Below are positions 8,583-17,821 of a stretch of 64,000 bases of DNA, one piece after another (the first letter of the stretch is position 1; every line of letters starts with the position of its first letter). The stretch covers positions 65,595-129,594 of the forward strand of contig JAJZXY010000004.1 of assembly GCA_021806165.1 (NCBI GenBank), read 5' to 3'. This stretch comes from Thermoplasmata archaeon (GTDB lineage: Archaea > Thermoplasmatota > Thermoplasmata > Sysuiplasmatales > Sysuiplasmataceae). The notes below the pieces were generated by a model. That model saw only the letters and a list, made by a program, of their open reading frames with translations, was not told the origin of the DNA and did no database searches. The position numbers were made by a program, and so were the translations under genes.

Positions 8583-11183
8583 TCAGCTTCGTTTCACCAG
8601 GAGCAGAATCTCTCCTGCCTGAAGCGCCTCCGCCGCCCGTCCCTCCGCATAGTAGGTGTACTGCACCTCGAATGCCTCCTTCTCTATGGTATGCCTGCCC
8701 CCGGCTGAATTAATGACGAGGCTGCCGTCTTCATCCACCTCAAAACCTCTTTCAGGTGCAGACTTCAGCATGTCCGTGATCTCCCTGGCCCTCCCCCTGT
8801 ACTTTGGCCCAATGTACTGGTAGTTTGGCCTGATGGAGGTGACTTTCTTCTGAAAATCCATCGAAGCCGAGAAGGTGACGCTTGAACTTCTTGCAGCGCT
8901 TCCTATCTCTTCCGCGCATGACTTCAGACCGGTGTCCGCGGAATATACCGTTATGCTTTCCAGCTGTCCCCTGAAATCATTGTCTGCCCTCCATTTCCTC
9001 ACCGCATTCACAATTCCGACGGCTGCCGCACCGGATTCCTCACCTGCCATGGTGACGTCCACATGCTCTGGCCAGGGCAGCAGATGGACGCTGGCGCTCC
9101 CCTGCTCCTTCCTGAAGAACTCCTGGTAGACTGCCTCCGTCACATGAGGCAGGAAGGGGGCGAAAAGTGTGTTTATGCCTTCTGCTATCTTTCGGAGAAC
9201 CCATACAGCGCTGCCATCCCCCTTCCTGACCCTCGACTTGACCATCTCGATATAGTCGTCGGCAAACTGATGCCATGCAAACTGCTCAATCAGGCGCATG
9301 GCCCTGTCAAACTCATACATGTCCATGCACGCCGTCGCCTCATCCAGCGTTGAGTTGAAGCGCGCCAATATCCAGCTGTCCGCGGGTCCAAGCGATGCGG
9401 GGATATCACCTGCATCTCCGCAGGACGAAACGAAATTCGCAATGTTCCAGAGCTTGTTGCAGAGGCGCTGCCCGTGTACAACATCCCTCTCCCTGAAGGC
9501 CTGGTCCGTACCCAGGCTGCAGGTGGACGCATAATATCTCAGCGCATCCGCTCCGTACTTCTCAATCAGCGGCACAGGATCTATGACATTTCCAAGATGG
9601 GTGTGCATAGGCGTCTTGTCGGGCGCCATTATGAAGCCCGTAATCATGATGTCCTTCCACGGTATGCTGTTGACCAGCAGCTTGCTCCTGAGCACGCTGT
9701 AGTATGCCCATGTCCGTATGATTTCGTGAGCCTGCCCCCTCATCGACATCGGATACATGCGATCGAAGAGTTTTTCATCCCTCAGCCAGAAGCAGTTGTA
9801 GAGTGCGCTGATGCTGGAATCCATCCACGTGTCAAACACATCCCTGCTGCCTGAAAGCTGTGAACCGTCTTGAGGGCAGGTGCGGGGTGCGGGGGTCTCC
9901 ACAGGGTCAATGTAGCATGCCTCCTCCTCCGCAGGGAGTATATAATCGCATTTCGGGCATTCCCATACTGGGATGGGAGTTGCAAAGAGCCTCTGGCGGG
10001 ATATCACCCAGTCCCAGTCCAGGGAATCTGTCCACTCGGCGAGCCTGTGTTTCATGAATCCTGGATACCAGTTTATCCTATCGGAGGAGCTGAGCACCTC
10101 TCCCGAGAAGCTGACGCTTTTCAGGAACCACTGCATCTTCTCGATAATTTCGACGGGTGTTGCACAGCGCCAGCAGACTCCTACATTCTGGCGTATGCCC
10201 TCCTTCCTCTGATAGTTGCCTGACTTGACCAGAAGTCCGACAATCTTCTCCCTGGCTGCGACGGTGTCGAGTCCACTGAGAGGGCCTGAAAGCTCGTTAA
10301 GTCTGCCGAATTCGTCAACCACCACCGTTACCGGCAGCCTGTGCTTCAGAATCCAGTTGGCATCCTCCTTGTCGCCATATGAACATATCATCACCGCACC
10401 CGAGCCGAATTCCATTTCCACCCCGTCATCCTCTATAACTGGTACCTCCTTCCCGTATACAGGAAGGAGTGCATGCCTGCCGGCATAGCCCGCATACCGG
10501 GGATCGGACGGATGCACAAGCACCGCATGGCATGCGCCGATAAGCTCAGGCCTGGTCGTGGCTATTGTCAGCGTGCCACCCTCCTTCAGTTCAAATCCGA
10601 CATAATGGAGACTGGTGTCCCTCTCCTCCCTCTCAACCTCGGCATCGGCAAGGGATGTATTGCAGCGTGGACACCAGTTTACCGGGAATGTGCCCCTGTA
10701 CGCCAGGCCCTTCTTCAGAAGGCGCAGGAAGCTAATCTGTGTGAAACGCCTGTAGTACGGGGCGTGGGTCTCATAATAGATGGAGGGGTCAAGGCTCATA
10801 CCCAGCATCTCAAACTGCCGCGTCATTGTATCTATGAACTGGTTGGCATAGTCATTGCAGAGCTTGAGGTATGTCTGCCTGTCCACTGTGAACTTTGTTA
10901 TGCCATGCTTCTTCTCAGTGGCAGTTTCCACCGGCATCCCGTTGCCGTCGAAACAGAGGGGGAAGAAGACGTTGTATCCCTTCATGCGCCTGTACCTGGC
11001 TGCAAAATCAAGGATCGGGTAGCCTGTTGCATGGCCCAGGTGCAGTGCCCCGGATGTATACCTTGGGGGGGTATCGATGCTGTATATCTCATTTTCAGAG
11101 GCCGGATCGAATCTGTAGACTGCCCCCTCCCTCCACATCTTCTGCCACCTGGACTCCTGCTCCCTGTGGTCGTACGCGGTCAT
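8583..11183 (-). CDS. valS: Class I aminoacyl-tRNA synthetase of the Val/Ile/Leu group, most likely valine--tRNA ligase
   Basis: 866 aa. HIGH region 'IDTPPRYTSGALHLGHATGY', 'RMKGYNVFFPLCFDGNGMPVE', editing-domain 'GVCWRCATPVE...QWF'. The size fits archaeal ValRS. The KMSKS-equivalent reads 'PMHTHLGNVIDP' (see findings). Confidence 0.7.
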   Translation of the reverse strand: MTAYDHREQESRWQKMWREGAVYRFDPASENEIYSIDTPPRYTSGALHLGHATGYPILDFAARYRRMKGYNVFFPLCFDGNGMPVETATEKKHGITKFTVDRQTYLKLCNDYANQFIDTMTRQFEMLGMSLDPSIYYETHAPYYRRFTQISFLRLLKKGLAYRGTFPVNWCPRCNTSLADAEVEREERDTSLHYVGFELKEGGTLTIATTRPELIGACHAVLVHPSDPRYAGYAGRHALLPVYGKEVPVIEDDGVEMEFGSGAVMICSYGDKEDANWILKHRLPVTVVVDEFGRLNELSGPLSGLDTVAAREKIVGLLVKSGNYQRKEGIRQNVGVCWRCATPVEIIEKMQWFLKSVSFSGEVLSSSDRINWYPGFMKHRLAEWTDSLDWDWVISRQRLFATPIPVWECPKCDYILPAEEEACYIDPVETPAPRTCPQDGSQLSGSRDVFDTWMDSSISALYNCFWLRDEKLFDRMYPMSMRGQAHEIIRTWAYYSVLRSKLLVNSIPWKDIMITGFIMAPDKTPMHTHLGNVIDPVPLIEKYGADALRYYASTCSLGTDQAFRERDVVHGQRLCNKLWNIANFVSSCGDAGDIPASLGPADSWILARFNSTLDEATACMDMYEFDRAMRLIEQFAWHQFADDYIEMVKSRVRKGDGSAVWVLRKIAEGINTLFAPFLPHVTEAVYQEFFRKEQGSASVHLLPWPEHVDVTMAGEESGAAAVGIVNAVRKWRADNDFRGQLESITVYSADTGLKSCAEEIGSAARSSSVTFSASMDFQKKVTSIRPNYQYIGPKYRGRAREITDMLKSAPERGFEVDEDGSLVINSAGGRHTIEKEAFEVQYTYYAEGRAAEALQAGEILLLVKRS

Positions 11184-11270
11184 CGGTTTGTGGAGAACCT
11201 GCGTAAATTAAAATAAGTTCCTCAAACGCAGGGGCAGGCGGCTGCAATAACGCCGCCATAACGCCGTCAT

Positions 11271-11281
11271 ATTATTATAAG
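11271..11281 (+). promoter_or_regulatory. TATA-box-like element (attattataag) upstream of the FTR1-like gene
   Basis: AT-rich box ~27-30 nt upstream of the GTG at 11306, consistent with a leaderless transcript. Confidence 0.35.
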
Positions 11282-11305
11282 AGGGCATATCTGCTTCTTT
11301 CACCG

Positions 11306-12170
11306 GTGATCTGTCCTGATAGGCAACGAGCTCACTTCACTCATTGCAGCCCTGGTAATCAGCTTCAGGGAGGGGCTGGAAGCATCACTGGTCGTCATAG
11401 TGGTGATGGGCTACCTGAGGGCAACCGATTCCAGGCACACCGCATACGTCTATTACGGCATAGCCTCCGCTCTCGGGCTGTCGGTTGCCATCGCGGTGAC
11501 AGTGGGTTTTGCATACGCTTCCTACGGAGACTATTTCGAGGCAGTGATGGGCATTTTCGCTGTTGCTGTCCTGATTTCAATGATAGTGTTCATGAAGAGA
11601 CACGCCGGCTCCATCAGCAGGACACTGCGTGACAGGCTGGAGCGCGGAATAGGGAGCTATGGATCGTCGGCAATCTTCATGATAAGTTTTACAACGGTTC
11701 TAAGGGAGGGTGTGGAGGCCGTGATCTTCATCTCACCTTTCATATTCCTCTCCGAGGCAGGCAGCATTATCGGAGCCATGTCGGGATTGGTGCTCGTCGT
11801 AGTTGTCTACATGGTGCTGACGAGCGCCTCGAAGAAGATGAACGTGGGCACTCTCTTCAGGTACACCTCCCTTGCACTAATTGTATTCGCATCGGCAATA
11901 CTGGCGATTGTGATGCACAACCTCCAGAGTGTTCATCTGCTGCCGACTGCGGGAGTGGTTGTAACCTACCAGGACACGGGGTACCTGGCTTCCATTGCAC
12001 ACTCCCTGCTCGTCCTCCTGATAGGATTTGATGGTCCTTCCTACACCGTACTGCAGGGCATTGCGTATCTGGTGCTCCTCTCCTCCCTGCTTGTCTACTT
12101 CTTCAGGAAGGGTGGCAGCGTGCACGAGCATTCAAGGAACGGTTCTCCAGAGGCGCTGTCGGAAGAATAA
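11306..12170 (+). CDS. High-affinity iron permease FTR1 family. As sequenced, the 5' end is frameshifted or uses a non-canonical start.
   Basis: The ORF from 11400 contains the second RExxE motif ('VLREGVEAVIFIS') and 6-7 TM helices. The first FTR1 motif ('SFREGLEASLVV') is encoded in the same frame immediately upstream (about 11315-11398). No ATG, GTG or TTG precedes it, and the GTG at 11306 is in a different frame. Confidence 0.6.
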
Positions 12171-12836
12171 TCATTCATAAACCGGGTGGCCGAGGTGGCC
12201 GGTATTCCTGAGTTCGACCAGATCGTCAAAGAGTTCGGGAGCCACTGCCATCACGGCATCGAATGCCTGCCTGGCAAGCTCGCGAATCTCCCACTGGGCG
12301 CTCCGGTCCAGGCGCATGACAAAGAAGTGCCTGAGCGATCGTGCGTTTGTGGTCCAGTAGAGTCTGGTTTCAGCGGCATTTGTCAGAACGAATCTTGCAT
12401 CCTCCTTCTTGACGCCGAGGGCAATGAGTTCCGAATAGGTTGAATAGCTCCCCTTTATGAATTCTTCCATCTTGGAAAGAGCTTCCTCCCTCTTCCCGCC
12501 CTCTATGTACTGGAGCTGTGGCATGACATAGAGGCTCTCCTTCTCGGAAACGTACCGCTGGCTCCTCTGGCTGAACGAGCTGTGCCTGTGCCTTACGAGC
12601 TGGTGCGAGCACGCCCTGCTGATGCCCTCTATCCTGAAAGTGAAATTGGCATGCTCAATGACGTCCATATGGCCATATCCGATAATCCTCTTTATGAAGG
12701 AGCCGTAATCCTCCTTCTTCTCCCTGTCGTAACAGACTCCCGCCGCCCGGCCGCAGGCCCCGACAGGATTCGGGGTGCTGGTTACAAGCTCCACTTTAAG
12801 TGCGGCCCGTCTTGATAGAACTTCGTCCGCAGCCAT
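12171..12836 (-). CDS. thyX: Flavin-dependent thymidylate synthase ThyX
   Basis: ThyX signature 'RHRHSSFSQRSQRY' (RHRxxSxxxxSxRY). 221 aa. Confidence 0.85.
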   Translation of the reverse strand: MAADEVLSRRAALKVELVTSTPNPVGACGRAAGVCYDREKKEDYGSFIKRIIGYGHMDVIEHANFTFRIEGISRACSHQLVRHRHSSFSQRSQRYVSEKESLYVMPQLQYIEGGKREEALSKMEEFIKGSYSTYSELIALGVKKEDARFVLTNAAETRLYWTTNARSLRHFFVMRLDRSAQWEIRELARQAFDAVMAVAPELFDDLVELRNTGHLGHPVYE

Positions 12837-12981
12837 GTCGGGTTGAGGAGAGGCATTCTAACATAAATTACTTGGCTACTGCTGGGCGAATGGCGGTGAA
12901 CGGGCGGCACACCCTCACTCCAGTCGCGAGAGGAACAATGGGCCCTTCCCGGGAATCATTTAAGATGGATGCACATATCAG

Positions 12982-14229
12982 GTGGGTGACCGTGGGAGGC
13001 TCAATCTGTCGGAGGAAGGTGAAGATAAGAGGGTAGGCTATGCTGAGGTCCTGGCCCACAGGAATTTCCTTGCCCTGTGGACCGGCTCCCTTGTTGGCCG
13101 CACTGGCGACTATCTCCTTTCAGTGGCCATGATAGCCTTCGTCGTTGCCAGGACAGACAACGGGTTTGACGCAGGCCTCATGGCCGCGGTCTTCTACATA
13201 CCCATATTCCTCTTCGCCCCACTTTTTGGAAGGATAGTTGACAACAATGACAGGAGGAGGCTGCTGGTTGTCTCCACGCTAATGGAGGTATTCTTCGGGA
13301 TACTGCTCTACCTGGCGGTTAAGGAGAATTTCCTTGTGCTGCCCCTGTCATTCGCGCTTGTATTCGTGATATCTGCCTTCGGCCTGATGGTTTCAATATG
13401 CAGGAGCAGCAGCATTCCCCTCACAGTATCCAGGGACGAACTTACGGCTGCCAACTCCCTCCAGCAGACCACATCTCAGTTCAGCAGGATCTTTGGATAT
13501 GCCGCAGGGGGAGTCCTTTTCATCGTGCTGGGCGAAACCTCCGGCCTGGTGCTGCTGGTGGTGATATCGTTCATCATCAGCGCCTCCGTATTCTCCCTGA
13601 TGCGGTTCGAGTCTCCTGTCGCGGAGGGAAGGGGAAGGAGGAGTGCGGACGGGCTGAAATATATCAAGGGCAACAGGCTCTTCCTCCAGATTACAGTCTT
13701 TCTTACCATTGTCAACTTCACGGGAGCCGGAATGCTCTTTCTCCCTGCGATAATGTCGAGCCGCATCTTCCTCACGGGCGAAACGGGCTATGCCAGCATC
13801 CTTCTTGTCCTTGCAGTGGGGTCTATTGCAGGGAATTACCTTGTGACGGTATTCAGGGTGAGGGACAGGGTTGGGAGCATTATGATTCTCTCGGTCATGG
13901 CAAATGGGATTCTCTACATAATGTTTGCATACTCTCCAGGCATCATTGCGGCGCTGGCTGTGACGCTCGTCATAGGTGTCGTCGAGGGCATATCTGCCGT
14001 CCCGTTCGTCGCGCTCCTGCAGGCCAGGACACCCCCTGAAAGGATGGGCAGCGTCCTGGCCGGCATATCGATGCTGCTGCTAGGGGGTGCCTCCCTTTCA
14101 ATGGTCCTGAGCGGGGAACTTGTTGTTCTTATGGGCGTCCAGAGGGTTTATGTCCTCTTCGCAGCCCTGCTGCTCGCAGTGTCCCTCCTGGGGGCAAACA
14201 TGAAAGAATTAAGACAGGCGTCGTATTAA
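12982..14229 (+). CDS. MFS transporter
   Basis: 415 aa with 12 predicted TM helices and an MFS-like loop 'GRIVDNNDRRRLL' after TM2. Confidence 0.7.
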   Translation: MGDRGRLNLSEEGEDKRVGYAEVLAHRNFLALWTGSLVGRTGDYLLSVAMIAFVVARTDNGFDAGLMAAVFYIPIFLFAPLFGRIVDNNDRRRLLVVSTLMEVFFGILLYLAVKENFLVLPLSFALVFVISAFGLMVSICRSSSIPLTVSRDELTAANSLQQTTSQFSRIFGYAAGGVLFIVLGETSGLVLLVVISFIISASVFSLMRFESPVAEGRGRRSADGLKYIKGNRLFLQITVFLTIVNFTGAGMLFLPAIMSSRIFLTGETGYASILLVLAVGSIAGNYLVTVFRVRDRVGSIMILSVMANGILYIMFAYSPGIIAALAVTLVIGVVEGISAVPFVALLQARTPPERMGSVLAGISMLLLGGASLSMVLSGELVVLMGVQRVYVLFAALLLAVSLLGANMKELRQASY

Positions 14230-14343
14230 CATGTAGGGCGAGGGGGTACACTGACGGCCAGAAGGAAGAGGAAATTCCCGATAGGAATTGCCGACACCCT
14301 CCTTAGCGAGGAGAGGCTCAGGATACTGGATCCAAGGGATGTC

Positions 14344-14847
14344 ATGGATGCATTCTACGTCGACGAGGGATGCACAGTGCTGGACGTGGGCTGCGGTCCG
14401 GGAGCCTTCCTTGAGAGCGCATCCGAAAGGGTGGGGAGTGCAGGGAAGGTTATTGGAATTGACATCCAGGAGCCTTTCATCAGGATGGCTTTGCACCTTG
14501 TATCCGAGAAGGGGCTGGCGAACGTAACGCTCATGACATCGCGTGAGGATGGAATTCCGCTCGAGGGGCAGTGTGTGGACATCGCACTTCTGGTGACGAC
14601 TATGCACGAGCTTGAAGGCAGGGACACTCTCGACGAGATAAACCGGGTAATGAAGAAGGGGGGTGTGATTGGAGTGATTGAATGGGAGAAGCAGAAGACG
14701 CCCATAGGACCGCCGGTCTCGGAGAGGATGGGGCAGGACGAGGCGGAGGAGCTGCTCGGCAGGTGCGGATTCGACATAGAGAAGGTCTTCTCAATCGGGA
14801 GATACCACTATGGCATCTCTGCCAGGAAGTCAAAGATGGCTGACTGA
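14344..14847 (+). CDS. Class I SAM-dependent methyltransferase (Methyltransf_11-like). The true N-terminus is probably upstream of the first ATG.
   Basis: Motif I 'VLDVGCGPGAF' lies only 12 aa from the ATG. The in-frame upstream sequence (14281-14343) reads like the missing N-terminal helix but contains no canonical start codon. Confidence 0.55.
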   Translation: MDAFYVDEGCTVLDVGCGPGAFLESASERVGSAGKVIGIDIQEPFIRMALHLVSEKGLANVTLMTSREDGIPLEGQCVDIALLVTTMHELEGRDTLDEINRVMKKGGVIGVIEWEKQKTPIGPPVSERMGQDEAEELLGRCGFDIEKVFSIGRYHYGISARKSKMAD

Positions 14848-14883
14848 AAAGTGTTAATAGGGACGGGCCTAGTGGATGGAAAG

Positions 14884-15051
14884 ATGAACCAGAGAAGAAT
14901 CTGGCCAGTGGCAGGGGCCGGGGCCCTGCTGACGCCCCTGAACGTGACAGTCGCGACTATAATAATACTCGGAGCGGTCCTGATATTCATCATATGGAGG
15001 AGGAGAAACAGGAGGAAGAACAGGGGGAATTCTGTCTACCTGTTCCACTGA
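14884..15051 (+). CDS. Possible small membrane protein (TM helix followed by an Arg-rich tail)
   Basis: 'MNQRRIWPVAGAGALLTPLNVTVATIIILGAVLIFIIWRRRNRRKNRGNS' has a single TM plus a basic tail. It sits in an otherwise empty 200-nt intergenic gap. It could be a real small protein or a remnant of a surface-protein C-terminus. Confidence 0.2.
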   Translation: MNQRRIWPVAGAGALLTPLNVTVATIIILGAVLIFIIWRRRNRRKNRGNSVYLFH

Positions 15052-15055
15052 AAGC

Positions 15056-15856
15056 TCACAGGCTTCCCAGGTAGATTTCGGTAGTCATCTCCATAAGCAC
15101 CTTCCCATCCTTCTGGTGTCTTTCAAACACGTCCGAGATTGCCTCCATCAGCTCCCCGTATGCATGTTCACCTTCAGCCGGCATGTAGGAGGCGGAGAGA
15201 AGGCGGCCCCTGAGACCGTCGAGAGTCAGCCATCTGTTATTTGGAAGCGTGAATCTCCTGTATGAGGAGAAGAAGAGGCGAAGCCCCTCGTCTCCCGGAC
15301 CCATGACAGGTGAGAAGTTCCTTCCGAACCTGCTGACAAGCTCCCGGTAGTCGGTGTTCAGCCCTCCAGTCCTGTCGCGTGTGTTGTATATGACAGCAGC
15401 CTTGCCGTTCCTTGATATGCGCCTGAGCTCCAGGGAGGCAGTTGAGGGGTTGAACCAGTGGAATGACTGCCCGGCGGTGACCATATCGACCGATTTATCC
15501 GGAAGGGTTGTCTCCTCGGCTGAGCCGGCGACGCTCCTGAACCCGCTGAACGATGAGAGAGCCTCCTCGGCGGCTGATCGCATGTCCGCATTAGGCTCAA
15601 CGCAGTAGACTGTGTTCCCGTTTTCCAGGAATAGGCTGCTGAGAATGCCCGTTCCGCTGCCTATGTCCGCTACGACGCTGCCGCTTCCGAAGGATGCCTC
15701 CCTTGCAAGTATCTCAAGAATGCCCCTGGGGTAGGGGGGCCTGTATTTCGCGTATGCTCCGGCCCTTCCGGTGAACCTGCTCTTTGCATCGGATGCGACC
15801 TTCCACTCAGACAATGCGCATCTCCTCCCTGAAGAACCGGCCGCCGGCATCGTCAA
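15056..15856 (-). CDS. Class I SAM-dependent methyltransferase
   Basis: Motif I 'VVADIGSGTGILS'. 266 aa. Confidence 0.6.
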   Translation of the reverse strand: MTMPAAGSSGRRCALSEWKVASDAKSRFTGRAGAYAKYRPPYPRGILEILAREASFGSGSVVADIGSGTGILSSLFLENGNTVYCVEPNADMRSAAEEALSSFSGFRSVAGSAEETTLPDKSVDMVTAGQSFHWFNPSTASLELRRISRNGKAAVIYNTRDRTGGLNTDYRELVSRFGRNFSPVMGPGDEGLRLFFSSYRRFTLPNNRWLTLDGLRGRLLSASYMPAEGEHAYGELMEAISDVFERHQKDGKVLMEMTTEIYLGSL

Positions 15857-16226
15857 GGCGCCACGATCTCGAGGAATCGGGGCTGCCCATCCTGATGCTC
15901 ATTATGAGGTAGGAGTAGGACGGCCATGCATGTGCCCGATCAAATTCGGAGGGAACAGAAGGATGGTCGGGGTGGGAGTGGTAGTAGCCAAGGACTACCA
16001 TGCCGGAGGCTGCTGCCCTCTTTTCCGCCTCCATTATCGACTGTGCATCAATGCTGTACCTCGTGCGCCTGGAATCGGGGGCGGAGTTGCGCGCCTTCCT
16101 GATTTCCTCAACCAGGTGATCGCGGCCGGCCCTGCCGATGAGGAAACCGCAGCATTCCTCCGGGTAGGTGGATACTGCATGCCGCCTGATCTCATCCAGC
16201 AGTGACAGAGGGAGAACAAGAGTCAT
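15807..16226 (-). CDS. JAMM/MPN+ zinc metalloprotease (Mec+/deSAMPylase-like)
   Basis: Catalytic motif E-x(n)-'HSHPDHPSVPSEFD' (HxHx7Sx2D) and 'EECCGFLIG'. The probable start is the internal Met 'MTLVLPLSLLDEI' at 16226, which avoids overlap with sufS. It is the last gene of the suf/cysO operon. Confidence 0.75.
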   Translation of the reverse strand: MTLVLPLSLLDEIRRHAVSTYPEECCGFLIGRAGRDHLVEEIRKARNSAPDSRRTRYSIDAQSIMEAEKRAAASGMVVLGYYHSHPDHPSVPSEFDRAHAWPSYSYLIMSIRMGSPDSSRSWRLDDAGGRFFREEMRIV

Positions 16227-16269
16227 CGCCTTGATATGAAAAGATGGTGGTAAAAAAAACTTGGCTGAA

Positions 16270-17508
16270 TCAGGCAAACACCTTTCTCACCCTGTCGATG
16301 GCCCGCATAAGTGCGTCGACATCATCCCTCCCGTTGTAGAGGTAGAAGGATGCCCTCGTTGTGGAGGGCTGTTCCAGCCAGTTCATCAGGGGCTGTGCGC
16401 AATGGTGCCCGGACCTTGTGGCGACCCCCTCTCTTCCGAGGATCTCGGCAACATCGTGTCCATGGACACCCTTCAGGTTGAATGAGATGAGGCCACTCCT
16501 CTCCTCCGGATCCCGGGGGCCGTATATCTCAATGTCTGGATGCTCCGACATCCTCTCCATTGCGTACGAGACAAGTGACCTGTCATACGCCTCGATCTTC
16601 TCCATTCCGATGCCACGCAGGTAGTCCACAGCAGCACCAAGGCCTATTGCACCTGAAATGTTCTGTGTTCCTGCCTCGAACTTGTAAGGCAGCTCGGCCC
16701 AGCTGGAGCCCGACTGTTTCACCTCACTTATCATTTCACCGCCGCCGAAAACAGGTTCCATCCTGCCCAGCAGTTCAGCCTTGCCATAAAGGACTCCTAT
16801 TCCAGTGGGTGCACACATCTTGTGACCCGAAACTGCCATCAGATCGCAGTCAATCTGCCTGACATCGACGGGCATATGCGGAACGGATTGAGCCGCATCG
16901 ACTATGAAAAGTGAGCCATTGTCGTGTGCAATCCTGCCTATCTCCCTTATGTTGTTTACCGTACCAAGAACATTGGAGACGTGGCTGACAGACACCACCC
17001 TTGTCCTCCCGCTGAGCTTCTCCATGAAATCGTCCATATCAAGCCTGCCGGAGGAGTCGAGCCCCGCAAACTTCACTTTCACACCCTTCCAGGAGAGCAT
17101 CTGCCACGGAACGATGTTTGAATGGTGCTCCATTACAGTGGTTAGCACCTCATCCCCCTCCTTCAGTGAATGTAAGCCGAGGCTGAGGGAGATTATGTTG
17201 AGCGCTTCCGTTGCACCGCGCACGAAAACGATCTCCTCCGGGCTCGCCGCATTTACAAATGACCTGAATTTCTCGCGTGATGCCTCGAATGCGTCGGTTG
17301 CCTTCTGGCTTAGCGGGTATATCCCACGGTGGACGTTGGAGTTGAACTCCTCTTCGAATGAGGAAACAGCACTTATCACAGAGGCAGGCTTCTGGCTGGT
17401 GGCTGCGCTGTCCAGATAGACGAGATTCTCGTTGCCTGGCGAGCTGAAGATTGGAAAATCTTCCCTGTACGGGGATTTTGCCGGCGGGATCTCTGTCAGA
17501 TGCATCAC
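16270..17508 (-). CDS. sufS: Cysteine desulfurase SufS (class V aminotransferase, group II)
   Basis: PLP-lysine 'SGHKMCAPTGIGVLY' and active-site 'RSGHHCAQPL'. 412 aa. Confidence 0.85.
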   Translation of the reverse strand: MMHLTEIPPAKSPYREDFPIFSSPGNENLVYLDSAATSQKPASVISAVSSFEEEFNSNVHRGIYPLSQKATDAFEASREKFRSFVNAASPEEIVFVRGATEALNIISLSLGLHSLKEGDEVLTTVMEHHSNIVPWQMLSWKGVKVKFAGLDSSGRLDMDDFMEKLSGRTRVVSVSHVSNVLGTVNNIREIGRIAHDNGSLFIVDAAQSVPHMPVDVRQIDCDLMAVSGHKMCAPTGIGVLYGKAELLGRMEPVFGGGEMISEVKQSGSSWAELPYKFEAGTQNISGAIGLGAAVDYLRGIGMEKIEAYDRSLVSYAMERMSEHPDIEIYGPRDPEERSGLISFNLKGVHGHDVAEILGREGVATRSGHHCAQPLMNWLEQPSTTRASFYLYNGRDDVDALMRAIDRVRKVFA

Positions 17509-17509
17509 C

Positions 17510-17815
17510 TCACAAGTCCACGAATATATCGCCGTCTACTATCTTAAGCTCGTACTTGCGCAGCGGTTCCTCGGCGGGCGGGTTATCCACTTCGCCTGTC
17601 CTTATGCTGAAACGTGAAAGATGGAGCGGACAGGTGATATTCTCCCCCATTATGATGCCTCGTGACAAGTCCGTATCTTCGTGTGTGCAGATTGCATCCA
17701 GCGCGTGGTATTCATCGCCCAGTTTTATGACCATTATGCTCACCCCGTCTGCGTCGACCCTTTTCACCCGGGCTGTCCCGAAGTCTGAAACAGAGGCGAC
17801 CTTCCTGAAGGTCAT
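17510..17815 (-). CDS. Rieske [2Fe-2S] domain protein
   Basis: Rieske boxes 'CTHEDTDLSRG' (CxH) and 'CPLH' (CxxH). 101 aa. Sits between sufD and sufS. Confidence 0.7.
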   Translation of the reverse strand: MTFRKVASVSDFGTARVKRVDADGVSIMVIKLGDEYHALDAICTHEDTDLSRGIIMGENITCPLHLSRFSIRTGEVDNPPAEEPLRKYELKIVDGDIFVDL

Positions 17816-17821
17816 CCTTCC

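Noticed and set aside
10473-11216. 247-aa plus-strand ORF antisense to the aminoacyl-tRNA synthetase gene
   Set aside because: Antisense shadow ORF with no motif. The minus-strand ValRS frame carries HIGH and editing-domain signatures.
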